From an uncultured Prochlorococcus sp. (GTDB lineage: Bacteria > Cyanobacteriota > Cyanobacteriia > PCC-6307 > Cyanobiaceae), in assembly GCA_902595175.1 (NCBI GenBank), contig CACJPB010000003.1, positions 47,586 through 111,585 on the forward strand: a stretch of 64,000 nt of DNA, written 5' to 3'. The notes under the pieces were generated by a model that saw nothing but the letters and a program-made list of their open reading frames with translations, searched no databases and was not told the origin of the DNA. Of this stretch, positions 30,684-41,609 are shown piece by piece (the first letter of the stretch is position 1; the number at the start of each line of letters is the position of its first letter). The position numbers and the translations under genes are program-made.

Positions 30684-32486
30684 TTAATTTTGTAAATATC
30701 CTCTGGGAGTGAGAAATATTTCGTCAACTAAGGTTGTTTGAGAATTGCCGATAATAATGATTGATAACATATCGATCTCTTTAAAAGGAATTTTGCTTAA
30801 AGTAAAAAATTTTTTGGTTTGATTTTCTCTCCCTACTTGTCTAGCAATTAAAACTGGAGTATCACCATGTCTAGATTGTAAACATATATCTATTATGGCT
30901 TTTAGCTGCCAATTTCTTTCAATGGATTGAGGATTAAATAAAGCTATTACAAAGTCACCCACAAGAGCTCCTTCAATTCTTTTTTTTATTAAAGACCAGG
31001 GAGTTAATTTATCGCTTAAGCTTATTGAACAAAAGTCATTCATTAAAGGTGCTCCACTAATCGCAGCCGCTAATTGAACACTACTTATACCGGGATGTAT
31101 TTCAAAGTAAGGTCTATATTCTTTTTTGATTTTTTGAAGTAATTCTAAAAGTAAACCTGCCATGCCATAAAATCCAGATTCACCTGAAGAAATTAAAGCC
31201 ACTTTAATTCCTTCCTCAGCTAGTTTAATTGCTTTGCTGCATCTCTCTTTTTCTTCAGTAAGTTTACTTTTAATTAAAACTTGGTCACTTCTTTTTAAAG
31301 ATTTAATTAAATCTAAATACATTTTGTATCCGATCCAAACAGTACATCTTGAAAGTGCCTTTTTTGCGTTACTGGTTAGGAAGGAGATATCACCAGGTCC
31401 ACTTCCAATGATATGTATTTCACCATGGGTTGGATTATATTGATTTTTTGATTCTGCTACAGCGATAGTTACTGCCCCAGATTGGTTTTTAAAAATTCTT
31501 TTTTCTTCTAATAATTTTGATTCTTCTCCTGCTGCGAGTAAGCAAGAGGCTTCTGCTACTGAAGGGATGCCAATTTCCTTCTCTACAACACTTGAAGGAT
31601 TTGGAACAAGTATTGTTGAAAGATCTTCTTTATTAAAAAACTTTATGGGTAAGTTTTTTTCTTCTGCAAGTTCTAAAATTCCTTTCTCATCTTTTTTAAT
31701 ATCAACTGTTGCAAGTCCCGCAATTGAATACTTGGATAAATTTTTTGACTTCAATAAATTATTTAAAGAATTTGCTATTAATTCTTTGCTTGTGTTTCTT
31801 TCACATCCAATTCCAATCCATAATACGGGCGGGTGCCAAGTTGTTTTATGATTTTCGAACATACTCACATGAAATGTTGAATCTGTTTTTTCAATTTCTT
31901 TTTCATTAATTTGATTAATAATCTCGCCTGATTCTGAATTTTTCCATAAGCTATTACCAGATAATTGTTTGCAAAATATTTCTTCTTTCTTAGCTTGTTT
32001 AATTACTAGTTTTGACCAATTCTCTACGTTACCAGATTTTTTCCAACCCCATTGATTCCCAAATGCATCAAGATTTAATAAGCTTTGATCATTGGAATTA
32101 TTAGTTTCTATTATTTCGCCACCAAGTAAATTAGCAATTTGACACGCAATATTTTGTGTATTTGACTGATGTAATCCAATTAAAGGAACTATCTTGGAAC
32201 ATTTGTTATCTATTACTATTACACCAGGATCTTGATCTTTAGAGGTTAAAAAAGAATTTATTATCCTTATTGATGCAGCAATTGAGCCTATAAAAATTAT
32301 TAAATCTATCTCCGGCCATTTTTTAAGTAAGATTTCTCTTGGTTTTTGTACTTGAATAGGTTCATTTTCTTTTCCATCATCTTTTGAAAAACCTGCAATA
32401 TATATATCTTCGACAAATTCGGTTTTTTTAAGTCTTTTTAAAATTTCTTTTGAATTATTAGATAGACCTATAGCAATTCCTTTCAA
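30684..32486 (-). CDS. cobJ: CbiG-CbiH(CobJ) fusion, precorrin-3B C17-methyltransferase
   Basis: N-terminal CbiG (KDQDPGVIVID, GIGCERN, SVAEAS); C-terminal GSGPGD, SSGESGFYGMA, DFCSISLSD. Confidence 0.92.
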   Translation of the reverse strand: MKGIAIGLSNNSKEILKRLKKTEFVEDIYIAGFSKDDGKENEPIQVQKPREILLKKWPEIDLIIFIGSIAASIRIINSFLTSKDQDPGVIVIDNKCSKIVPLIGLHQSNTQNIACQIANLLGGEIIETNNSNDQSLLNLDAFGNQWGWKKSGNVENWSKLVIKQAKKEEIFCKQLSGNSLWKNSESGEIINQINEKEIEKTDSTFHVSMFENHKTTWHPPVLWIGIGCERNTSKELIANSLNNLLKSKNLSKYSIAGLATVDIKKDEKGILELAEEKNLPIKFFNKEDLSTILVPNPSSVVEKEIGIPSVAEASCLLAAGEESKLLEEKRIFKNQSGAVTIAVAESKNQYNPTHGEIHIIGSGPGDISFLTSNAKKALSRCTVWIGYKMYLDLIKSLKRSDQVLIKSKLTEEKERCSKAIKLAEEGIKVALISSGESGFYGMAGLLLELLQKIKKEYRPYFEIHPGISSVQLAAAISGAPLMNDFCSISLSDKLTPWSLIKKRIEGALVGDFVIALFNPQSIERNWQLKAIIDICLQSRHGDTPVLIARQVGRENQTKKFFTLSKIPFKEIDMLSIIIIGNSQTTLVDEIFLTPRGYLQN

Positions 32487-32710
32487 ATCAGAAACTATTG
32501 ATAGTTACGTTGAAATTATATCCTGTCGCTTGATTTTAAAAATTTTCTTTGAAATATAAAAAAAAATTTAAGAAATTTATGTAAAATTAGAGCAAAAATA
32601 CTCATAATTATGTCATAGACTTGAATTTAACAAAATATTCATATAGTAACAATCATTAGAACATTTGTTACGTTAATGCATAACGAAAGAATCTTTGCCT
32701 TATTATTTTT

Positions 32711-32791
32711 GAAACGAATATCTAAAGTTTCCGGTGGATTCGTTTTCTTGAACATTATCATTATTAATGTGTTCGAGATCCGATCAATCGG
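32711..32791 (+). promoter_or_regulatory. Structured psaA 5' leader (psaA RNA motif-like)
   Basis: Three successive stems: AAACGAAT/ATTCGTTT (32712-32745), TCTTGAACA/TGTTCGAGA (32746-32778), CCGA/TCGG (32780-32791). Confidence 0.6.
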
Positions 32792-32821
32792 CTTTAATGT
32801 CAATTATTTTCGAGGTGCTAG

Positions 32822-35125
32822 ATGACCATCAGCCCACCAGAAAGTGGAGAAAAAAACAAAAAAGTTTTGGAAGATCCTGTAAAGGCTGATCCAAGACCTA
32901 TTGATTTTGCCAAATTAGATAAGCCAGGTTTCTGGTCAAGTAAATTATCTAAGGGTCCAAAAACTACAACTTGGATCTGGAATTTGCATGCTGACGCACA
33001 TGATTTTGATGTGCATACAGGCGATGCTGAAGAAGCAACAAGAAAAATCTTTTCAGCTCATTTTGGACATCTTGCAGTCATTTTTATATGGATGAGTGCA
33101 GCATTTTTCCATGGAGCAAGATTTTCTAATTATTCAGGTTGGTTAGCTGACCCAACTCACGTTAAACCTGGGGCCCAACAAGTTTGGGCAATAGTTGGCC
33201 AAGAAATGCTGAATGCTGATCTTGGAGCTAACTACAACGGAATTCAAATAAGTTCAGGAATTTTCCACATGTGGCGAGCATGGGGAATAACTAATGAAAG
33301 TGAACTGATGGCTTTAGCAATAGGTGCTGTAGTAATGGCTGCACTTATGCTTCATGCCGGAATCTTTCATTATCACAAAGCAGCTCCAAAAATGGAGTGG
33401 TTCCAAGATATTGAGTCTATGCTTAACCACCACATAGCTGGTTTAGTAGGATTAGGATCTTTAGCATGGGCTGGTCATTGTATTCATATCGGAGCTCCTA
33501 CTGCTGCTCTCTTAGATGCAATTGATGCAGGCTCCCCTTTAGTAATCAATGGTAAAGAAATAGCAACTATTGCAGATATGCCTATGCCGCATCAACTCTG
33601 TGATCCTCAAATCATCGGTCAGATATTTCCAGGATTAGCAAGTGGTACAGGTAATTTCTTTAGTTTAAACTGGTTAGCATTCTCAGATTTCCTTACCTTC
33701 AAAGGTGGACTTAACCCTGTGACAGGAAGTTTATGGATGACTGATGTTTCACATCATCACTTAGCTTTTGGTGTAATAGCAATCATTGGTGGTCATATGT
33801 ATAGGACTAATTACGGTATTGGTCATAGTATGAAAGAAATATTAGATTCACAGCAAGGAGACCCAATATTATTTCCTGCTCCTAAAGGTCATCAAGGTCT
33901 TTTTGAGTTCATGGCAGAAAGTAGACATGCCCAGCTTGCAGTAAACCTAGCAATGCTTGGATCAATAAGTATACTCGTATCTCATCATATGTATGCGATG
34001 CCTCCATATCCATATATAGCTACTGACTACATGACAGTTCTTGGATTATTTACTCATCACATGTGGATAGGTGGATTGTTCATAGTAGGTGCAGGAGCCC
34101 ATGCTGGAATTGCAATGGTAAGAGATTATGATCCAGCAAAACATATTGATAATGTATTAGACAGAATCCTTAAAGCAAGAGATGCTTTAATCAGTCACTT
34201 GAACTGGGTATGTATGTGGTTAGGATTCCATAGCTTTGGACTCTATATTCACAACGATACTATGAGGGCTTTGGGTAGACCTCAAGATATGTTTAGTGAT
34301 TCTGCAATCCAACTTCAGCCAATTTTTGCTCAATGGGTTCAGAGTATTCAAGCATCTGCTGTTGGAACTTCTCTTTTAGCAGGTACTGCAGAAGCTTTAC
34401 CTCACAAAGCTTTAAGTGAAGTCTTTAATGGAAGTCTAGTAGAAGTGGGTGGAAAGGTTGCTATAGCTCCAATTCCATTAGGGACAGCTGATTTAATGAT
34501 TCATCATATTCATGCTTTCCAAATTCACGTAACTGTTTTGATACTTCTCAAAGGAGTACTTTATGCAAGAAGTTCAAGGTTGATTCCTGATAAAGCTTCC
34601 TTAGGATTTAGATTCCCTTGTGATGGACCTGGAAGAGGTGGTACATGTCAAGTTTCTTCATGGGACCACGTGTTCTTAGCACTTTTCTGGATGTATAACT
34701 GTTTATCAATAGTAATTTTCCACTTCTCTTGGAAAATGCAGAGTGATGTATGGGGACTTACTGGTGGTAACTTCGCACAAAGTTCCATTACCATTAATGG
34801 TTGGTTAAGAGATTTCCTTTGGGCGCAAGCTTCTCAAGTTTTAACAAGTTATGGACAATCAATAAGCATGTACGGTTTGATGTTCTTAGGAGCTCACTTC
34901 ATATGGGCATTTAGTTTAATGTTCCTCTTTAGCGGAAGGGGATATTGGCAAGAATTATTCGAATCAATTGTTTGGGCACATAACAAACTTAAAGTTGCTC
35001 CAACCATTCAACCAAGAGCTTTATCTATCACCCAGGGTAGAGCAGTAGGTGTCACACACTTCCTTGTCGGTGGTATTGCTACCACATGGGCCTTCTTCCA
35101 TGCTCGCCTTTTCGGCCTGGGCTAA
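32822..35125 (+). CDS. psaA: Photosystem I P700 apoprotein A1
   Basis: [31 protein letters not shown] motif. Confidence 0.99.
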   Translation: MTISPPESGEKNKKVLEDPVKADPRPIDFAKLDKPGFWSSKLSKGPKTTTWIWNLHADAHDFDVHTGDAEEATRKIFSAHFGHLAVIFIWMSAAFFHGARFSNYSGWLADPTHVKPGAQQVWAIVGQEMLNADLGANYNGIQISSGIFHMWRAWGITNESELMALAIGAVVMAALMLHAGIFHYHKAAPKMEWFQDIESMLNHHIAGLVGLGSLAWAGHCIHIGAPTAALLDAIDAGSPLVINGKEIATIADMPMPHQLCDPQIIGQIFPGLASGTGNFFSLNWLAFSDFLTFKGGLNPVTGSLWMTDVSHHHLAFGVIAIIGGHMYRTNYGIGHSMKEILDSQQGDPILFPAPKGHQGLFEFMAESRHAQLAVNLAMLGSISILVSHHMYAMPPYPYIATDYMTVLGLFTHHMWIGGLFIVGAGAHAGIAMVRDYDPAKHIDNVLDRILKARDALISHLNWVCMWLGFHSFGLYIHNDTMRALGRPQDMFSDSAIQLQPIFAQWVQSIQASAVGTSLLAGTAEALPHKALSEVFNGSLVEVGGKVAIAPIPLGTADLMIHHIHAFQIHVTVLILLKGVLYARSSRLIPDKASLGFRFPCDGPGRGGTCQVSSWDHVFLALFWMYNCLSIVIFHFSWKMQSDVWGLTGGNFAQSSITINGWLRDFLWAQASQVLTSYGQSISMYGLMFLGAHFIWAFSLMFLFSGRGYWQELFESIVWAHNKLKVAPTIQPRALSITQGRAVGVTHFLVGGIATTWAFFHARLFGLG

Positions 35126-35152
35126 TTACCTGAACTTCACCTTTTTAATTCA

Positions 35153-37381
35153 ATGGCAACAAAATTTCCATCATTTAACCAGGGTCTAGCTCAGGACCCT
35201 ACAACCCGACGAATATGGTACGGAATAGCTACCGCTCACGACTTTGAAAGTCATGATGGTATGACCGAAGAAAAGCTTTATCAGAAGCTTTTCTCTACAC
35301 ATTTTGGTCATCTAGCAATAATCGCACTTTGGGTTGCTGGTAACTTGTTTCATATTGCTTGGCAAGGTAACTTCGAGCAATTTGTAATTGACCCAACTCA
35401 CGTTCGTCCCATTGCACATGCTATTTGGGATCCACATTTTGGATCTGGTATCACAGAGGCAATGACACAGGCTGGAGCAAATGGTCCAGTAAACATAGCT
35501 TATTCAGGTCTCTACCATTGGTGGTACACAATTGGAATGAGAACTAATGAGCAACTCTTCCAAGCTTCAATATTTATGAGTATTTTGGCTTGTTGGACGC
35601 TATTTGCAGGTTGGCTACACTTACAGCCAAAATTCAGACCTTCTCTAGCTTGGTTTAAAAATGCAGAGTCAAGATTAAATCACCATTTAGCTGTCTTATT
35701 TGGTTTCAGTAGTATCGCTTGGACAGGTCATTTGGTTCATGTTGCTATACCTGAATCAAGGGGACAACATGTAGGTTGGGATAACTGGTTAACAGTACTT
35801 CCACATCCTGCAGGACTAGCTCCTTTCTTCACTTTAAACTGGGGCGCATATGCCCAAAATCCTGATTCTCTTGATCAAGTATTTGGAACAGCTGAGGGAG
35901 CTGGAACAGCAATCTTTACTTTCTTAGGTGGTCTTCATCCTCAAAGTGAAGCATTATGGCTTACTGACATTGCTCATCACCATATTGCGATTGGAACAGT
36001 TTTTGTAATTGCTGGTCATATGTATAGAAACACCTTTGGCATAGGACATAGCCTAAAAGAAATTACAGAAGCTCATAATACAAGGCACCCTAATGATCCT
36101 CATAAAGGTAGTTTTGGAATTAACCATGACGGAATATATGAAACTGTAAATAATTCATTACATTTCCAACTTGGACTAGCATTAGCATCACTTGGGGTAG
36201 CAACTTCTCTTGTAGCACAACATATGGGTGCACTTCCCTCTTATGCTTTTATTGCTAGGGACTACACTACACAATCTGCTTTATATAGTCATCATCAGTA
36301 CATAGCCATGTTCTTGATGGTTGGAGCATTTGCTCACGGAGCCATTTTCTTTGTAAGAGATTACGATCCAGAATTAAATAAAGATAATGTATTAGCGAGA
36401 GTTCTTGGAACAAAGGAAGCTCTTATAAGCCACCTTAGTTGGGTAACAATGTTGCTTGGATTCCATACCCTTGGAATTTATGTTCATAATGATGTTGTTG
36501 TAGCTTTTGGTAATCCTGAAAAGCAAATTCTAATTGAGCCAGTATTTGCTCAATTCGTTCAAGCTGCTCAAGGTAAGATGATGTATGGCTTCAACGCTTT
36601 ATTATCTGATCCTACAAGCTCAGCAAGTCTCGCTGCTAATTCATTACCAGGTAATCATTACTGGATGGATCTTATCAATAGACAAGATGCGTTAAGTGCT
36701 TTCTTACCCATCGGTCCTGCAGATTTCTTAGTACACCATGCTATTGCCCTAGGTCTTCATACAACTGCTCTAATCCTTATCAAAGGTGCACTTGATGCTA
36801 GAGGAACAAAATTAATTCCTGATAAAAAAGATCTAGGTTATGCATTTCCTTGCGATGGACCTGGACGTGGAGGTACTTGTGATAGTTCATCTTGGGACGC
36901 TATGTATTTAGCGATGTTCTGGGCATTAAATTTAATAGCATGGGTTACTTTCTACTGGCATTGGAAACATCTAGCAATATGGCAGGGTAACGTAGCACAA
37001 TTTAACGAATCAGGAACTTATCTAATGGGTTGGTTTAGAGACTATCTATGGTTAAACTCTGCTCAACTTATTAACGGATATAATCCATTTGGAGTTAACT
37101 CTTTATCTCCTTGGGCTTGGATGTTCCTATTCGGACACTTAGTTTGGGCTACTGGTTTCATGTTCCTAATATCATGGCGTGGTTACTGGCAAGAATTAAT
37201 TGAAACATTAGTTTGGGCACATCAGCGTACTCCAATAGCTAACCTTGTAGGCTGGAGAGATAAGCCAGTTGCACTTTCAATTGTTCAAGCTAGATTAGTT
37301 GGACTTGCACATTTCACGATTGGAAACATACTTACATTTGGTGCATTTGTCATCGCATCAACTTCAGGTAAGTTTGGTTAA
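35153..37381 (+). CDS. psaB: Photosystem I P700 apoprotein A2
   Basis: [28 protein letters not shown]. Confidence 0.99.
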   Translation: MATKFPSFNQGLAQDPTTRRIWYGIATAHDFESHDGMTEEKLYQKLFSTHFGHLAIIALWVAGNLFHIAWQGNFEQFVIDPTHVRPIAHAIWDPHFGSGITEAMTQAGANGPVNIAYSGLYHWWYTIGMRTNEQLFQASIFMSILACWTLFAGWLHLQPKFRPSLAWFKNAESRLNHHLAVLFGFSSIAWTGHLVHVAIPESRGQHVGWDNWLTVLPHPAGLAPFFTLNWGAYAQNPDSLDQVFGTAEGAGTAIFTFLGGLHPQSEALWLTDIAHHHIAIGTVFVIAGHMYRNTFGIGHSLKEITEAHNTRHPNDPHKGSFGINHDGIYETVNNSLHFQLGLALASLGVATSLVAQHMGALPSYAFIARDYTTQSALYSHHQYIAMFLMVGAFAHGAIFFVRDYDPELNKDNVLARVLGTKEALISHLSWVTMLLGFHTLGIYVHNDVVVAFGNPEKQILIEPVFAQFVQAAQGKMMYGFNALLSDPTSSASLAANSLPGNHYWMDLINRQDALSAFLPIGPADFLVHHAIALGLHTTALILIKGALDARGTKLIPDKKDLGYAFPCDGPGRGGTCDSSSWDAMYLAMFWALNLIAWVTFYWHWKHLAIWQGNVAQFNESGTYLMGWFRDYLWLNSAQLINGYNPFGVNSLSPWAWMFLFGHLVWATGFMFLISWRGYWQELIETLVWAHQRTPIANLVGWRDKPVALSIVQARLVGLAHFTIGNILTFGAFVIASTSGKFG

Positions 37382-37399
37382 ATTTTTCCAAAATAATTT

Positions 37400-37428
37400 A
37401 AATCACCACGTTTGTGGTGATTTTTTTT
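37400..37428 (+). terminator. Rho-independent terminator of psaAB
   Basis: AAATCACCAC-GTTT-GTGGTGATTT hairpin with T8 tail. Confidence 0.9.
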
Positions 37429-37484
37429 GTTTAATTTTAATGTTCTGAATTAAGTTAAAATTGTGTAATTATTATTAAATATAA

Positions 37485-38447
37485 ATGTCAGATATAAAAC
37501 AATTAATTTCTATTATCGTCCCTGTTTTCAATGAAAGTGAAAGTATTGGTCTTTTATTGGGTGAAATTATAAATGTAATGTCATCTCATAAATTTAATTT
37601 TGAATTGATTGTTGTAGATGATGGTTCTAAAGATAATACTCATCAAGTATTACAGCAGCTAACTCTCAAAATTAAAGAATTGTCAGTAATTTCCCTTCGC
37701 AAAAATTATGGGCAAACTGCAGCAATGTCAGCTGGCTTTGATAATTCTAAGGGTGATATTGTTATTTCTTTGGATGGTGATTTACAGAATGATCCAAATG
37801 ATATTCCTTTATTAATTTCAGAAATTAACAATGGTTATGATTTGGTTTGTGGTTGGAGGTTTGATAGAAAAGATAAATTAATTAATAGAAAGATACCATC
37901 AAAAATAGCGAATAAGTTAATAGCTCACGTAACAGGTTTGAAGTTGCATGACTATGGTTGCTCATTAAAAGCGTTCAAGAAAGAAATAATAGAGGATATA
38001 AAGCTATATGGGGAACTTCACAGGTTTTTGCCCGTTTTAGCAAATATTGAAGGTGCAAGAATCAAAGAAATTAAAGTAAATCATAGGAGCAGGCAATATG
38101 GATCTAGTAAATATGGAATTGATAGAACTTTTAGAGTTTTAATGGATTTACTAACTGTTTGGTTTTTGACTAGATTTTTAACAAGACCGATGTATGGATT
38201 TGGTTTTGTTGGAATTATAAGTATTTTCATTAGCCTTGCGATAAGTTCTTATTTGATAGTTTTAAAAATAATGGGTGAGGATATTGGAAATCGTCCGTTG
38301 CTTATGTTTGCATTAATATTAGGAATTGCTGGTGTTCAATTATTTTGCTTTGGATTATTAAGCGAACTTTTAATTAGGACATATCATGAAAGTCAAAGTC
38401 GTCCAATTTACAGAATTAGATCAATAAACAGTGCTAAGCAAAATTGA
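37485..38447 (+). CDS. GT2 glycosyltransferase (polyprenol-phosphate glycosyltransferase, GtrB/ArnC-like)
   Basis: IVPVFNE, VDDGSKD, LDGDLQNDP, two C-terminal TMs. Confidence 0.9.
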   Translation: MSDIKQLISIIVPVFNESESIGLLLGEIINVMSSHKFNFELIVVDDGSKDNTHQVLQQLTLKIKELSVISLRKNYGQTAAMSAGFDNSKGDIVISLDGDLQNDPNDIPLLISEINNGYDLVCGWRFDRKDKLINRKIPSKIANKLIAHVTGLKLHDYGCSLKAFKKEIIEDIKLYGELHRFLPVLANIEGARIKEIKVNHRSRQYGSSKYGIDRTFRVLMDLLTVWFLTRFLTRPMYGFGFVGIISIFISLAISSYLIVLKIMGEDIGNRPLLMFALILGIAGVQLFCFGLLSELLIRTYHESQSRPIYRIRSINSAKQN

Positions 38448-38451
38448 TTGT

Positions 38452-38832
38452 TTACTTGAACTTTCTTATTAATAAAGCTGAAATTTCAACGACTTCAGGA
38501 GAAATATCTCTTAAGCCTTTCCGTAAAATTGGCAATGTTGATACATCAGCCAATTCTTCCGCAATTTTTAATGCCTTTAATTTATTTTCTGTATTACCCT
38601 GAAAAAGACTAATCATTTTATTTCTTTGAGAATTTTTATAAAATATTGAGTACTTTTTTTCTTCGTGATTGTATAAAAAACTATTTTTATTAGATGAAAA
38701 TTTATTATTTTTGTTTAATTTAATAGAGTTTATATTTCTTTTATTTATTAACTTTTTAAAGCTTCTTTTTTTAAAAACTAGAATTAATAACCCTATAAAA
38801 ATAATAAGTAAAATCGCCAAAAAATTTATCAT
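38452..38832 (-). CDS. Membrane-anchored hypothetical protein with a HEAT-like C-terminus
   Basis: N-terminal TM; 'LPILRKGLRDISPEVVEISA' resembles a HEAT repeat. Confidence 0.6.
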   Translation of the reverse strand: MINFLAILLIIFIGLLILVFKKRSFKKLINKRNINSIKLNKNNKFSSNKNSFLYNHEEKKYSIFYKNSQRNKMISLFQGNTENKLKALKIAEELADVSTLPILRKGLRDISPEVVEISALLIRKFK

Positions 38833-38902
38833 GTAAAAAGTTAATAATTTTTATATCATCCAGTAATAAAATTAACACTATTTCGCAGATAAATACTAAA
38901 GT

Positions 38903-38920
38903 GTTTAAAGATGTTTAAAG
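38903..38920 (+). promoter_or_regulatory. 10-bp-periodic direct repeat, HLR1/RpaB-like site upstream of psaI
   Basis: GTTTAAAG-AT-GTTTAAAG directly before the psaI ATG. Confidence 0.45.
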
Positions 38921-38924
38921 AACT

Positions 38925-39038
38925 ATGCCATCTGATTTACCAAGTCTTTTACCCTCCATTTTTGTTCCATTAATTGGTATAGCAATGCCTGCTGTTTTTA
39001 TCGTATTGATTGGAAGATTAATTACAGCAACTGAATAA
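38925..39038 (+). CDS. psaI: Photosystem I subunit VIII (not in ORF track)
   Basis: Own translation MPSDLPSLLPSIFVPLIGIAMPAVFIVLIGRLITATE*; LPSIFVPLIG motif; lies upstream of psaL. Confidence 0.93.
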   Translation: MPSDLPSLLPSIFVPLIGIAMPAVFIVLIGRLITATE

Positions 39039-39065
39039 ATTATCAAACACTAAACTATTAAAAAA

Positions 39066-39665
39066 ATGAGCGACTTTCAAAAATCATTCTCTGAATCAAC
39101 AAGTTCTATTAAGTTTGATGAGAAATATGTAGATACTTCTGTACAACCAAATGATATTGGCGTAGCAGAACAATGGGCAGTAAAAACAGTTGCTGATCCT
39201 TGTGTTGGTAATTTAGCTACTCCAGTTAATAGTGGTTATTTTACAAAAGCCTTTATAAATAATTTACCTTTTTACAGAGAAGGTATTTCCCCTAATTTTA
39301 GAGGTTTAGAAACTGGAGCAGCTTTTGGATATCTTCTATACGGACCTTTTACTATGACTGGCCCATTAAGAAATTCTGAATTTGCTTTAACAGCTGGACT
39401 TCTCGCAACTATTGGAGCTGTTCATATTTTGACAGCACTTTTTGTTCTATACAATGCACCTGGTAAAGCACCTAATGTACAACCTCCAGATGCGACTGTT
39501 AATAATCCGCCAAAGGATTTATTTACACGAGCTGGTTGGGCTGATTTTACAAGTGGATTTTGGTTAGGAGGCTGTGGAGGAGCTGTTTTTGCTTGGTTAC
39601 TTGTTGGAACTTTACACTTAGATACCATAATGCCAATAATTAAAAATATTTGGACTGCAGGTTAA
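39066..39665 (+). CDS. psaL: Photosystem I subunit XI
   Basis: [29 protein letters not shown]. Confidence 0.97.
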   Translation: MSDFQKSFSESTSSIKFDEKYVDTSVQPNDIGVAEQWAVKTVADPCVGNLATPVNSGYFTKAFINNLPFYREGISPNFRGLETGAAFGYLLYGPFTMTGPLRNSEFALTAGLLATIGAVHILTALFVLYNAPGKAPNVQPPDATVNNPPKDLFTRAGWADFTSGFWLGGCGGAVFAWLLVGTLHLDTIMPIIKNIWTAG

Positions 39666-39728
39666 TTCCTAAATAAAAGAATCAGTAATATTTTAATTTA
39701 ATTTAAAGTTAAGAGGTATGCTCTTCTA

Positions 39729-40487
39729 TTAACGTATAGTTCTATCCCATCTATAATTTCTAACTACTCTTCCTGCCGAAATTAGTTTAGATTTATAATG
39801 CAATGAGATTCTGTCATTAGATTTTTTTAGGGTATCTAATCCTATTCCATTTCTGCCAAAATCCTTTCCAGAGCAATGGTAATACAATCCATCTCCCTTG
39901 TAGATTCCAATATGATCACATTTTTCTTCATTTCCAAAAAATAAAAGATCGCCAGGTCGTAGATCCGCATAGGATTCTTTGTAATAAAAAAGGTGTTTGC
40001 AAAAACTTTTTATTTGAAAAGAATCTCGAGGTATATTAATTTGATGCTTTAAAAAAGCAGTCTGAATTAACCCGGAACAATCAAAATTGGGTCCTAATGT
40101 ACCTCCCCAAAGGTATTCATTATTTAACTCAGATTGATCTTTGATCCATTTTAAAATTGAGTTAACTTTATCTTTTATAAAGAAGTGTTCTTTTTTCGCA
40201 TCCTCAGTTTTTCTCAATTCGCATTTCTCAATAATTAATCCATCTAAATTAATCCAACATATGTAACCATCCTCATATAGTTGAACTAGTATTCTTGAAA
40301 ATTTCTGGTTATGTTGATAAATGTTTGGATAAATTAGCCTAAAAATTCTATTTTTAAATATTTCAGTCACTAATTTATCTTCTGTTTCATTTTGATATCC
40401 AGAAATATTAACTTTTAATTTCCACCAAATAGTTTTTGAAAAATTAGTTTGTTTAAATAGTGGGATAGGTTTTTTATAATTTTCCAT
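39729..40487 (-). CDS. NlpC/P60 (C40) cell-wall peptidase
   Basis: YLWGG...FDCSGL, PRDS, PGDLLFF, HIGIY; start taken as MENYKK (ATG at 40487). Confidence 0.9.
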   Translation of the reverse strand: MENYKKPIPLFKQTNFSKTIWWKLKVNISGYQNETEDKLVTEIFKNRIFRLIYPNIYQHNQKFSRILVQLYEDGYICWINLDGLIIEKCELRKTEDAKKEHFFIKDKVNSILKWIKDQSELNNEYLWGGTLGPNFDCSGLIQTAFLKHQINIPRDSFQIKSFCKHLFYYKESYADLRPGDLLFFGNEEKCDHIGIYKGDGLYYHCSGKDFGRNGIGLDTLKKSNDRISLHYKSKLISAGRVVRNYRWDRTIR

Positions 40488-40490
40488 ACT

Positions 40491-41399
40491 ATGACCTTTC
40501 ACTATTTAAGTAAAGAGATGGGTCTAGCCTTAAATAATATTTTAGGGAAGGCATGCTCTCATAATAAAGATTTTTCAAGAGAAGATATTTCGATAACTTG
40601 GATTAATTATAAAAGCGAAAATAAAAGTGTATTTAAAGGTTTTGGAACTGGTATTAATAATAAAAAAATGGTTTACCCTGCCAGCATAGTCAAGTTGGTT
40701 TATGGTCTTGCTGCATATTATTGGATTAAAAAAGGAAGTTTACTTTTATCAGATGAACTTATTGATGCTGTGAGGAAAATGTTGTCTTTCTCCAGTAATA
40801 ATGCAACAAGCTTTTTAATTGATTTACTTACAGGAACAACAAGTGGACCTCGTATTGAAGGTGAACTATGGGAAAATTGGAAATACCAAAGAAGTATAAT
40901 AAATGATTGGCTACATGATTTAAATTGGGAAGAATTGGTTGGGATAAATTGCTGTCAGAAGACCTGGGATGATGGACCATTTGGTCGTGAGAAAGAATTT
41001 TATGGATATGATAATGAAAATAGAAACGCTATGAACTCTGATTCAGCTGCAAGGGTTTTGGAGGAAATTATGATTCATATTGATTATCAAGAAAATAATT
41101 TAAATTTGCGAAGTTTTTTAAAAAGAAATTTAAATAAAGTGGTTCTTAAAAACGATTCTCTTAATCAAATAGATGGTTTTTTGGGTGAAGGATTACCAGA
41201 AAGCATTAATCTTTGGAGCAAAGCAGGCTTAATGTCTGAAGTTAGACATGATTCAGCTTGGTGGATTAATAATCAATCTCTACAAACTTTATTAGTAGTT
41301 TTTTGTAATGGAGAACAATATTCCAAAGATTCCTCCCTTTTACCGTTTATAGCAAAAGAAGTATACAATTTTAATAAGAGATATATTATTGAGGACTAA
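40491..41399 (+). CDS. Class A beta-lactamase-like serine hydrolase (PBP-A-like)
   Basis: SxxK (SIVK), SxN (SSN) and KAG motifs. Confidence 0.85.
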   Translation: MTFHYLSKEMGLALNNILGKACSHNKDFSREDISITWINYKSENKSVFKGFGTGINNKKMVYPASIVKLVYGLAAYYWIKKGSLLLSDELIDAVRKMLSFSSNNATSFLIDLLTGTTSGPRIEGELWENWKYQRSIINDWLHDLNWEELVGINCCQKTWDDGPFGREKEFYGYDNENRNAMNSDSAARVLEEIMIHIDYQENNLNLRSFLKRNLNKVVLKNDSLNQIDGFLGEGLPESINLWSKAGLMSEVRHDSAWWINNQSLQTLLVVFCNGEQYSKDSSLLPFIAKEVYNFNKRYIIED

Positions 41400-41608
41400 A
41401 GTGAATCTTCTAAGAAATTAGAATCTAATTTGTCAGTATAAGCTTCATAAGGTAGCATCATTACTTCTTCAAAATCTAAATCATTCATAATCCATTCTCT
41501 ATATTCTGCTAACAAACTTTTTCTATCTTCATTATCTAATTCATAGATACGCAATGCTGTATCTTTAAAATTTTCTTTTATTAAATTTTCAATTTCTTTC
41601 TTCATCAT
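41396..41608 (-). CDS. Small acidic hypothetical protein
   Basis: 70-aa ORF starting 1 bp downstream of the resolvase-like gene on the same strand. Confidence 0.6.
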   Translation of the reverse strand: MMKKEIENLIKENFKDTALRIYELDNEDRKSLLAEYREWIMNDLDFEEVMMLPYEAYTDKLDSNFLEDSL

Positions 41609-41609
41609 T

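Noticed and set aside
32646-32671. GTAACAA...TTGTTAC inverted repeat upstream of psaA as an NtcA or LexA site
   Set aside because: The spacing does not fit GTA-N8-TAC and the LexA consensus is not met; it may be regulatory but cannot be assigned.
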